Shown here one piece after another: positions 1-10,100 of a stretch of 64,000 bases of DNA. The notes beneath the pieces were generated by a model. It had not been told where the DNA came from. It searched no databases and saw only the letters and a list, made by a program, of their open reading frames with translations. The position numbers and the translations under genes were made by a program. Origin of the DNA: Macrostomum hystrix (taxonomy: Eukaryota; Animalia; Platyhelminthes); the NCBI GenBank assembly GCA_950097015.1, contig CATNEN010000002.1:2170001-2234000 (forward strand), read 5' to 3'. Numbering within the stretch: the stretch's first letter is position 1; each line of letters starts with the position of its first letter.

Positions 1-733
1 TAATTTGCTTTTCTCAAGCGTCTGTTAAATCCGCTCTCTTCCCAGCTACAATGTCCATAACTGCATTCGCAGAGCCAATTCTGTGTGTTTAAAATCCCAG
101 TTGATCCCCAGTTTCATGGTGGATAAAGCCTTTCTTTGAAGTCGGCAGCGAGACAGCAGCGTTAAAAAATATCAGCGGTCAGAGCAAGGCTACCAAGCAA
201 CCAAATAGAGGTCGGGTTGGGTTCAAGCAGGTCTATTGTGGGACCAATCCAAGATACGTACAGTTGTTCAGTCCATGGACTGTGGGCCGCCACACAACAC
301 ACTCAGATTTCTACTCCAGCAGATTTTTAGACATTTTACAGCAGGTCAAAATAAATCTGGATCGGCTATAAACCTCTTGTACCAGATTTCGTTTGAATCG
401 TTCAGTTCTCGATTCTCATCTTCGTTTTCAGTTGTAAGCAAACAAAACTCAAAGGCCTAAGTCAAATTTCTAACGTCAAAATATAAGATTATACATTTTG
501 AAGACAAAATCAAAACTGAACTGTATCGTTTTACAGCGCTTTGAATTCTGCGTATGGAATCCATATCTGTTTAGTTGATCAACATTTGTTAAGCATAGAA
601 TCAGATATCGCCCAGGGCGAGGTAAACAACAGTTTGTCGTGTGGTTTAACTGTTGGATATGATAGTACAGATTCTGGTACTAAAAGGGGCAACTAAATGT
701 CTTGTCATTCCTGCAGTTGGTGAGCATCTAACA

Positions 734-1194
734 CAGGGGTCGGCAAACTCCGGCCCGCGGGCCAGATGCGGCCCTCGAAGCCCCTAAATCTGGCCCGTTG
801 CCCCTTCCACCACCTATAGTATCCTATCTCATCTCTCCAGTGTCTTATCTGTCCTGTGTCTAATTATCTCTCCCCTGTCTCATCTCTGCCATGTCTCCCG
901 TCTCTCTCCAGTCTTATCTATTCTCATCTCTGGCTCATCCCTCCCCTGTCTCGTCTATCCGGTGTCTCATCTCTCCCATTTCTCATCTATCCTGTGTCCA
1001 ATCTCTCCCATTTCTCATCTCTCCCATTTCTCATCTCTCCCATTTCTCATCTCTCCCATTTCTCATCTCTCCCATTTCTCATCTATCCTGTGTCTCATCT
1101 CTACCCTTTCTCATATTCCTACAGTTAATACGGCCCGCTGTCGTCCTATAGGTTCTCTCCGTGGCCCGCTCGCTAAAAAGTTTGCCGACCCCTG
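734..1194. mobile_element. hAT (Charlie/MER-type) non-autonomous element/MITE with internal TC-rich minisatellite
   Basis: Perfect 16-bp TIRs CAGGGGTCGGCAAACT (734-749) / AGTTTGCCGACCCCTG (1179-1194); subterminal GGCCCGCGGGCC typical of hAT MITEs; TCTAACA duplicated on both flanks (727-733, 1195-1201); interior ~825-1100 is a degenerate TCTCATCTCTCCC repeat. Confidence 0.85.
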
Positions 1195-1320
1195 TCTAAC
1201 ACATCAATAGCGGTGGGCTTTGCTACGCTGCGTCGCTAAAAAATCGTCAAATAAACAGTGTGGGTTGCTACTAAAGCCAAGTGCAGCGTCAGTAAGTTCT
1301 GCAATCATTCCGATTGAATC

Positions 1321-2964
1321 TCAGAGACGATTCTGTGAGCTGGACAGCTCGGCCAAGGGCTGAGAATGCTGGACGCTGGCGGTCATACCGGAGCCCTTGT
1401 GGCCGCTTCGAAACATTGAGACGAACCGCAGGCGGTAGCTTGGACTCTTCCAAAGCAGCAGCAGCCAGTTGCCGCTCTGATTGAAGAGTATCAGGGCCTG
1501 ACTGACTTGCGAGATATTCAGCAGGGCGCGCAGCAGCTGGATTTCGGCCTCGGTCTGGTAGTTGCCGAGGAACTGGGCCGCCAGGATTGTCAGGGCGCTG
1601 GGCAGCGAGCACACAGCCAGCAAGGCAGACATTGCCACGCAGAGGATCGTGTTGGCCATTTTGTCGCGCTCGTCAGCGTTGGAAAATGACGAAGTCAGCT
1701 CGCGCCTACGACGCAGGATGAGAACCAGCTTGTAGACTAGGTAGCAGTTGGAGGCCAGCACACAGAAGATCGGCACGCTGGGCGGGTGCAGGAACAACAG
1801 CATGTACACGCTGAGAAGGGCCTCAGTGGTGCCGCTGAAGCTCGAGTACACCGTGCAGGCGATCATTCGTGGTGAGCGGGGCGAGAACTGTAGCTCCTCC
1901 CAGCCGTAGATAGCCAGGCAGACGGAGCTCATGACCAGCGAGACGACGACAACGGCGCCGCAGACGCGCCAGGCTGTGCGCTGAGTAAGCGACTGGAACC
2001 GAAACGGCATGGCCAGGCAGAGAGCTCGGTCAAGGACCATCGCCAGGAAAATTCCCATTGACTGCAGGCCCAGCCATTTGTTGGCAAACCTGCCAGATGG
2101 TCGTTAGGGTATCGCGAAGCTTAACAGTAGAAAGACCAAATGAAAGCTTCGTCATTAACAGTAGATAGACCACGGGGTATTTCGAATACCCGAATTTTTC
2201 TGCTCACAAAATTTCATCGTGCAATCATGCCATGTAACCCATTTTGAATTGATTAAATTGTCACTTTTTTCAGTTTTTAATTAATATGGATTCTTTATCG
2301 AAGTTTATACAAAGCAATGTTATTTGTTCTTGTCACCAGGGTCTTCAACAAGAATTGCTGAATATCTTGACGATGCTGAAGTCGGACGGCTTTGAAAGTT
2401 ACGAGGTAGTTCATCGTAAAGGGTGGAATCAGATGGTGGATTTTCACGAAAATCGGTCTTTCGGTTTGGGAGCAATCATGAAGTAGGCAGTGGGTATTTG
2501 AAATAGCCCCCGAGTTCTTTCTACAGTTAAACGACTCATTGGAGTATTTCTAAATAATTAAACTCTTCCGCTTACTTGTACAGCTTGCACATGACATCGG
2601 AGGTGTTGTACAGGATGAACCCGACTCGGCCCTGGCTGAGCCACGGCAGGCCGCGAACCAGGAAGAGGCCGAGAAAGCCCGCCACGAGCATGTAGACATT
2701 GTCGGCGATAGCCATAGCTCCCAGATAGGCGTTGAGTCGCGAGCGCTCGGCACCGCGACCCAGCGTGATCCAGGCGGTGACGCAGTTGCCGAACAGACCC
2801 GACGCCATCACCAGCGGCAGCAGAAGGCCCGTCAGCACACCGTAGGCAGTGCTGATTGGGCAGAAGATGCTGCGATTCGGAGCATCCGGCAGGCAGTCAA
2901 CAATGGCGCTCTCAAAGCTGGCGTAGAATCTGTTCGCTTCATTTCCGGCGGATGTGACGTTCAT
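1321..2964 (-). CDS. Class A (rhodopsin-like) GPCR, peptide-receptor-like, 2 exons, ~385 aa
   Basis: Exons 2964-2576 and 2089-1321 joined by a GT-AG phase-2 intron give ...DVMCKLYK|FANKWLGLQSMGIFLAMVLDRALCLAMPFR; TM1 GLFGN, TM2 AMAIAD, C3.25, DR motif, TM6 CSLP, TM7 NQSGNWLLL, helix-8 SPSYR; N-terminal NVT sequon. Confidence 0.88.
2169..2512. mobile_element. Non-autonomous inverted-repeat element in GPCR intron (family also at ~37090-37215 and ~60960-61103)
   Basis: Imperfect terminal inverted repeats GGGGTATTTCGAATACC ... GGTATTTGAAATAGCCCC; internal GCTGAATATCTTGACGATGCTGA recurs at ~37092 and ~60997; AAATACCCCGTGG end recurs at ~61090. Confidence 0.55.
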
Positions 2965-3055
2965 GGCGGTGACGAACTGGTTGCAAAGATTTGAGTTTCA
3001 GGATCGGCGCGTTTCAGATCCCAGCTTTCGCTCCTCTGCTACAAGTCGACGGGTT

Positions 3056-3064
3056 TTTATAGAC
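3056..3064 (-). promoter_or_regulatory. TATA box (GTCTATAAA) of GPCR gene
   Basis: Minus-strand GTCTATAAAA ~100 bp upstream of the ATG at 2964; same context and spacing as at the peptide genes. Confidence 0.5.
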
Positions 3065-3913
3065 CGATTTCAATTGTTTATTTCAAACGCATTGAAGCAA
3101 GAAATTAGCAAAACTCTTTGAGGTGTCCATGCTCACAATTCTCAAACAGCAGTTTTTGAGCAATCGTTTGATGAAATCGTTTGATGCACTGATTGTTTTG
3201 CCACGAATCCTAAAGTGTTGATGCTGCTACTTTGAGTTGGAAAGCGAAGTCATTGTAGCGAAAGGCAGTCAGCGATGATGATTGGGTCAAGTCTCCGCCT
3301 ATTGGTGAGAAAGAGCGAGCTCTTAAGAATTTTAATTTAGTTTTCCGTGCGTCATCAAACCTTTCTGAGGTGCTGAACAAACTTGCAAGTTTTGTATCCA
3401 GCTCGTAAATTAATTTTTCTGATAACTGTTTCTCAGTTCGAGGCACTCTTCCATTTGCATCACTTTTTCCAAGAACCACTAGAAGCATAAGTTCGGGGAA
3501 ACTATGCTTCTTATGCTTCTTAAAGTTTAGGAGGCTGGTTTTCGCTATTGAGATTGGAATTTTCAACTTTTCTGCATAGATTAAGTAAGTTAATTTATCT
3601 GATGAAATAGTTAAAGAATAAAAATCTTGTCTATTTTTCATCGACTATCTCACGAGTGACTCCACCAATTTACTACGCACCTTAACCAACAGATAGGTAC
3701 GGAGTAAATTTTCCTAATTTTCGAGAATCAATATCTGCACGATTTTTTAAGGTCTTTGTAGCGCGGTTTTCTTCAGCAAGTGTGAAAATTAGATCACAAT
3801 AAAAATAATAAAAGGAGGAAGTCTGCGGGCAATGGTACATCATTTTTGCGACACTAGACCTGCAGCCAGCGATTCTGCCGATTTCGCTGACTCCAAATGA
3901 CACACACACACAC

Positions 3914-4142
3914 AAATACTGTACGCAGGCACACGCTCACACAGGGTGTGTACATCTGCCCTGACATTCGCATCCTCAGTCAGTGTACACTGCCATTGAG
4001 CCTTGGAGGTCGGCTCTCAAGGGCGTAAATTGCAAGACAAGACCCCCCCAGGTCTTCTCTTCGCGGCTGCGCCCGAAGCCACACATCTGTGGCCTCGCCA
4101 TGGTGCTCAGGGACCTTGGTGCAGGTGGCATTAAGCGCTCTC
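3914..4142 (-). mobile_element. tRNA-derived SINE family A, degenerate copy
   Basis: Reverse complement of the 25133-25420 element (GTACGCAGGCACACGCTCACACAGG..GTACATCTGCC, CCTTGGAGGT..GGCGTAAATTGCA, GGCCTCGCC). Confidence 0.7.
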
Positions 4143-5177
4143 AGAAAAACTAGTTACTTCACTTGTTAATTCTAAAATTTACATTCACATTTATTTCTCT
4201 AAATGGGCCTTTCCGAGTTGCCACTGGGAATATTTAAGGAATTGAGCTTCGTTGGAGCAACATTTTAGGCCCAGCTCGTTCAGCATCTCGAGGCGAAATC
4301 AGCCAGGCATTTCACGAAATATTTTTGCTTGTTCGAAATTCCTGGATTGAGTATCAACACTGTCTGACGGCAGCAAAATGTTTTTGAGGTTTTTGAGACT
4401 GGCAATCAAGACTTTGGTTGAGCACACGGCTGTGTTACTTAAGTGTGACCCCGGACACTGCCGGCGGTGCGGCCTTTGTTCGCGCCCAGGCTCTGAAGCG
4501 TGCACTGTGACGCTGCCTTTTCCACCTGACAGCGTACTTTGTTGTTGTTGTTGTTGTTGTTATCAAAACGGATTGTAAAAATTTTCACTTTGCTCAGGCG
4601 CTTTTTGTTTTACCAGGTGTCATGCGAATTGACGTAACTGTTGTAGGTAACTCGTGCACTCGTAAAATGGCACTCAAGTCACGCTTTGCCTCCCCTTTTT
4701 CAGGTTTGATCGATATCTTTCGTTCCCTTTTGCTAATTGGAGTTTCGTGCACGTTTGGTACCTCTTCTGTGTACGAGTAAATGCGAGTTTTGACAGGATC
4801 TTCTCAATGTGGTCCGCGCTAATTTCTAAGTTGATGATCTCCAGCTTGAACGCTTGTAGACTTTTTATTGCTATTTCCGGAAATCACTTCTTAAATTCGT
4901 CTGGAGCTGATGCCGCCCTCCTTATAGTCACGGTTAATGAACCGCGTTCTGCTTTTATTAAAAAACTGTCATTATTTTAATGAGAAACAAAACTTGACCT
5001 ATCTTCGTGAAGCATTTTTTAGCCTCACAAACTTTGTCAAAGAAACAAAGTTTCCAGTTTTTTTACTCCTATCGGTCCCTGGTGCCGTTAAATGCGTCGT
5101 TATGGACACTTAATCAGTCACTAGCTATTTTGAAGTTTTCATATGATCGTTACGAGATTTTATTCAAATTACACTAA

Positions 5178-5207
5178 TACGAGGGGTGTACAAAAAGTAG
5201 TGATACT
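5178..5207 (+). mobile_element. Solo Tc1/mariner left TIR remnant
   Basis: TACGAGGGGTGTACAAAAAGTAGTGATA resembles the reverse complement of the mariner right TIR at 36970-36997. Confidence 0.45.
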
Positions 5208-5555
5208 TCACTGCATGCTTGAAGTTCAATGAGTTTGGTGTCATTGGAAAACGTCAGTTCACTTGAAGAATAAACTTATTTTAATCATTTCCGTTTAAGT
5301 TTTTCTTTGACTGGACAATTAATGAGTTAGTTATCTCCTATTATTCAAAAAAATTGACAGTTGCATTGTGTACTTTCTAACAAACTGCACGCATTGTTGT
5401 GCCAGAAAGAGGGTATAAAAAAGTTTATATTTTGTCTCCATGATTAATATACTCGATGCACGTGGTTGACTTTTGGTACGTGACTCACGCCAGTGACTTA
5501 AAATTTTACTGCGACGCTCCCAAATTTTTAAAGGTGGTCCTTGACTATCGGTGCG

Positions 5556-6360
5556 TAGCTTGATACGTTTGTTTCTTAGCTCGATACTTTTGGTTCGTAG
5601 CTTGATACTTTTGGTTCGTAGCTTGATACTTTTGTTTCTTAGCTTGATACTTTTGGTTCGTAGCTCGATACTTTTGGTTCGTAGCTTGATACTTTTGGTT
5701 CGTAGCTTGATACTTTTGGTTCGTAGCTTGATACTTTTGGTTCGTAGCTTGATACTTTTGGTTCGTAGCTTGATACTTTTGGTTCGTAGCTTGATACTTT
5801 TGGTTCGTAGCTTGATACTTTTGGTTCGTAGCTTGATACTTTTGGTTCGTAGCTCGATACTTTTGGTTCGTAGCTTGATACTTTTGGTTCGTAGCTTGAT
5901 ACTTTTGGTTCGTAGCTTGATACTTTTGGTTCGTAGCTTGATACTTTTGGTTCGTAGCTCGATACTTTTGGTTCGTAGCTTGATACTTTTGGTTCGTAGC
6001 TTGATACTTTTGTTTCTTAGCTTGATACTTTTGGTTCGTAGCTTGATACTTTTGGTTCGTAGCTCGATACTTTTGTTTCGTAGCTTGATACTTTTGGTTC
6101 GTAGCTTGATACTTTTGGTTCGTAGCTTGATACTTTTGGTTCGTAGCTTGATACTTTTGGTTCGTAGCTCGATAATTTTGTTTCGTAGCTTGATACTTTT
6201 GGTTCGTAGCTTGATACTTTTGGTTCGTAGCTCGATACTTTTGGTTCATAGCTCGATACTTTTGGTTCGTAGCTTGATACTTTTGGTTCGTAGCTCGATA
6301 CTTTTGGTTCGTAGCTCGGTACTTTTGGTATTTAGCTCGGTAAGTTTTTTACTTAGCTCA
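5556..6360. repeat. 21-nt minisatellite (GTAGCTTGATACTTTTGGTTC)n
   Basis: ~38 near-identical units; explains ORFs 5545-6249 and 5551-6528. Confidence 0.95.
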
Positions 6361-6384
6361 GTACTTTTAGCTCTGACGATGAGA

Positions 6385-6480
6385 AAATCAGGCAGATGTA
6401 CAAATCTGTTTGAGCGTATGTCTGCGTACAGTATCTGTGTGCTTGTGTGCTCAGGAGTAAGCGCAATGGGCGGAATTGCA
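6385..6480 (+). mobile_element. SINE family A 3' fragment
   Basis: GGCAGATGTACAAATCTGTTTGAGCGTATGTCTGCGTAC..ATGGGCGGAATTGC matches 25334-25388; another short + fragment at ~15395-15440. Confidence 0.55.
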
Positions 6481-7177
6481 GTTATTAAAAATTGTTATTG
6501 TAAAGTAATAGCAAATTATTGGCTATAAAAGTTGAAGTTCTAGATTAAAGCCAAAAGTAACTTTACACTCCTCTCCTGTCCTGTGCTCTCAAATCGTGAG
6601 CTGAAATCGTTGGCGTGACTCTCCAAGGACGGGACAGTCTCGGCTATAAAAATTTGAAGAATGAGTAACCGGGGAAGGGGAAGGAGATCATTTTTGAGGT
6701 TGCTGAACTCCCAGGTGCGTGCGATGAAGTTGCAGTTTGAATGGATGGTGCAAATTTGTGCCTCGCAGCAGCTCAGTCTCTGCCATTCAGGCCGTAGCCA
6801 TAAGCAACGACTCAAACCGCCCCTCCGTTACTGGCAGCCTCCACTCGCGCAGCCATTCAACCTGCTCCCTTTGTGTGCCCTGCTCTGAGCCCGTTGAGTT
6901 TCCTGTGCTCAGCTTCGTCCTCTCCCCGTTCTTCTCGTCCAGCCCCTCGTCTATTGCCGATCCTCTCCCTTCTCTACTGCCGCCCATTATTGGTTGTGCT
7001 AGTCACCCTTTGTACCTGAATTTATGCAGGCACATGGTGGCCTCTACACCACGGACTTCGCCAACGTCTGCAAACTGAGCATCTGTGCTTCCTTGGAGAC
7101 TCTAGCATCCAGACATTCCAGCTCGAGAATTTCTCGGCCTCTGCGGGGACGTCGGGGTCCCTAAACAGCTCTGAACA

Positions 7178-10100
7178 ATGGATAAGGAGAAGCAGGACTT
7201 CAAGTATCAGAAGCTGAAGGACAGTCGAGCGACAAGCGCCAAGCAGCGCGCAACATCGGCGGCTAGTAGCAGCTCCAGACCTGCGGCAGCAGCGGCGCCG
7301 GTGTCCGCGGCATCCAGCGACTCGGCCAGCACCGGCAGCCAGATTAATCTGCTGCAGCAGCCGGCAGTGACGATTTCCACGGAGAGCCAGCCAGAACCTG
7401 TGGTTGAACAGGATCCGCAGCCGCAGCCACTCGGTCCACCCCCGATTCCAACTGTTCGCATCGAGGAGACTGTCTCGCTGAAGTCGGCGACTGGCTCACT
7501 GACCAGCCTGCGAAATCCGCCACCATCCACAGCCAGTCCGGCTGGGGCTATTGCTGAAGGTGCCGAGGAGAATTTGATGACACTTTCAACTACAGGCGAT
7601 GCCGAGCGCAAAGCATCTATAGAATCGCCGTCCAGATCGATAGCGACGTCGGAAGAGGCTGCGGCTGCATCTCAACAGACGGCATCATCGACAGGTGGCA
7701 GCTTAGCTAGCGGCGGTAGAATTCTGCACTTCGCCAAGCGAGGCGAATGGGCCAGCGTGGAGAGCCTGCTAAGAAAGGGCGAATTCCGACCCGCCGATGT
7801 GGCCGAGTCTGATGAGGTTCGTCAAATTTCAAAACATTTTTTCACAAATTTAGGAGTCGTTTGATTTACTCGTAAATGTTATCAATTGTAGATAATGACG
7901 TCATTAATAATACACAATCTCATTGTTGATTGGTAAAGCAAGAACACAATCTCATTGCTAATTAGTAACGTAAGATCTTGTATTGCTTGTAATTATGTTA
8001 ACCCTAAACTCACAGGTATCCGGTGAGACGCCACTAATGATGGCCTGCAAAGACAACAAACTGGTGATTGTTGATCGTCTACTAGAGAATGGAGCCAGTG
8101 TTTTCGAGAAGTGTTCGGTGAGGATTGTTTGGTTACGAGACCTTATTCATTTGGAGCACAGATTATCCGATTAAGGGCCAACCAGCAAAGTAAGACATAT
8201 ACATTTACAAAAGTACACCCTGTATATGGATTCGGGAAATGGCCTAATTGCTGGATAGGGGTCGGCTGTTGCTGAAAATATTAAAAATATTTACTATCTT
8301 GCACTTCTTAATACTCCAGGACAAAGGATAACTGCATGTGATATTATAATTCAAGAAAATGTACGTCTAACTAACTGGGACTAATTTGGGACTATTTAGG
8401 TAAACCAGACTCATGTCGTTTGAAAAGTGGAGTGCAAGTGCACCAGGAAATTGCGTCATACATAAATTGCAACTGCAGTTGGTTTTGGCACTCATCAGCT
8501 TTTGCAGCTTGTAAGGCAGCCAATGTTGATGGATGAACTTCCGTATCTGTGTCGTTATTGGGAGGGAGGTTTACTTTTTTTCACCAAGGCCCAACACTGC
8601 AAGCCCAAGCTGCTCAAGTCAGTCTTGAGCACACTTTTTTGCCTTCAAAAGTCTAGCTGCAGGGAGCTACCATCCATTCCCCATTTCACCAATCACTTCC
8701 TGTCTTGATCAAATCCTGGCCCACACAGTGTCAGCTGGTAGTTGGTCCTGGCGTCTTCTTGTAAGGCCGCAGTGGGTGGCTGCTATGGCAACGCTTTTCT
8801 CTATTCCCCTAGGCCCTATCCGCCTCTATGTCGCTTGTGATTCTTGAACATTGGCTCCAGACTTTTATGAGCTGCAATCGGTACACAATCGTAATATCAA
8901 CGCACAGGAGTGCCATTCCAACCCGGCCTCACCAACTGGGAAACATTCCGGATGTGCTGCCGCCGCCGACCTTCCTTTCTTCTTCCTATTCCCCTAGTTG
9001 CCTAGAATTTCTCCCCGTCTTAGAATCGACAGCGTACTCAGGAATCCCAGCACATAGCTGCCTTTTCAGAGAAAAATGAGTTAGAAATTGCGTGCTGCTC
9101 TGAAGCCTCCTGCTGTTTGAGCAGTCAATAAACTCTACTAGATAGTGGGGCACGTTGTGGTTAAGGAGGTTGGTTGGTTGGTTGGTTGGTTGGTTGGTTG
9201 GTTGGTTGGTTGGTTGGTTGGTTGGTTGGTTGGTTGGTTGGTTGGTTGGTTGGTTGGTTGGTTGGTTGGTTGGTTGGTTGGTTGGTTGGTTGGTTGGTTG
9301 GTTGGTTGGTTGGTTGGTTGGTTGGTTGGTTGGTTGGTTGGTTGGTTGGTTGGTTGGTTGGTTGGTTGGTTGGTTGGTTGGTTGGTTGGTTGGTTGGTTG
9401 GTTGGTTGGTTGGTTGGTTGGTTGGTTGGTTGGTTGGTTGGTTGGTTGGTTGGTTGGTTGGTTGGTTGGTTGGTTGGTTGGTTGGTTGGTTGGTTGGTTG
9501 GTTGGTTGGTTGGTTGGTTGGTTGGTTGGTTGGTTGGTTGGTTGGTTGGTTGGTTGGTTGGTTGGTTGGTTGGTTGGTTGGTTGGTTGGTTGGTTGGTTG
9601 GTTGGTTGGTTGGTTGGTTGGTTGGTTGGTTGGTTGGTTGGTTGGTTGGTTGGTTGGTTGGTTGGTTGGTTGGTTGGTTGGTTGGTTGGTTGGTTGGTTG
9701 GTTGGTTGGTTGGTTGGTTGGTTGGTTGGTTGGTTGGTTGGTTGGTTGGTTGGTTGGTTGGTTGGTTGGTTGGTTGGTTGGTTGGTTGGTTGGTTGGTTG
9801 GTTGGTTGGTTGGTTGGTTGGTTGGTTGGTTGGTTGGTTGGTTGGTTGGTTGGTTGGTTGGTTGGTTGGTTGGTTGGTTGGTTGGTTGGTTGGTTGGTTG
9901 GTTGGTTGGTTGGTTGGTTGGTTGGTTGGTTGGTTGGTTGGTTGGTTGGTTGGTTGGTTGGTTGGTTGGTTGGTTGGTTGGTTGGTTGGTTGGTTGGTTG
10001 GTTGGTTGGTTGGTTGGTTGGTTGGTTGGTTGGTTGGTTGGTTGGTTGGTTGGTTGGTTGGTTGGTTGGTTGGTTGGTTGGTTGGTTGGTTGGTTGGTTG

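Noticed and set aside
3210-3915. 143-aa and 77-aa minus-strand ORFs, plus an open stretch at ~4610-4900
   Set aside because: AT-rich, no recognisable motif, interleaved with MITE/SINE fragments; probably decayed TE, unassignable without a search
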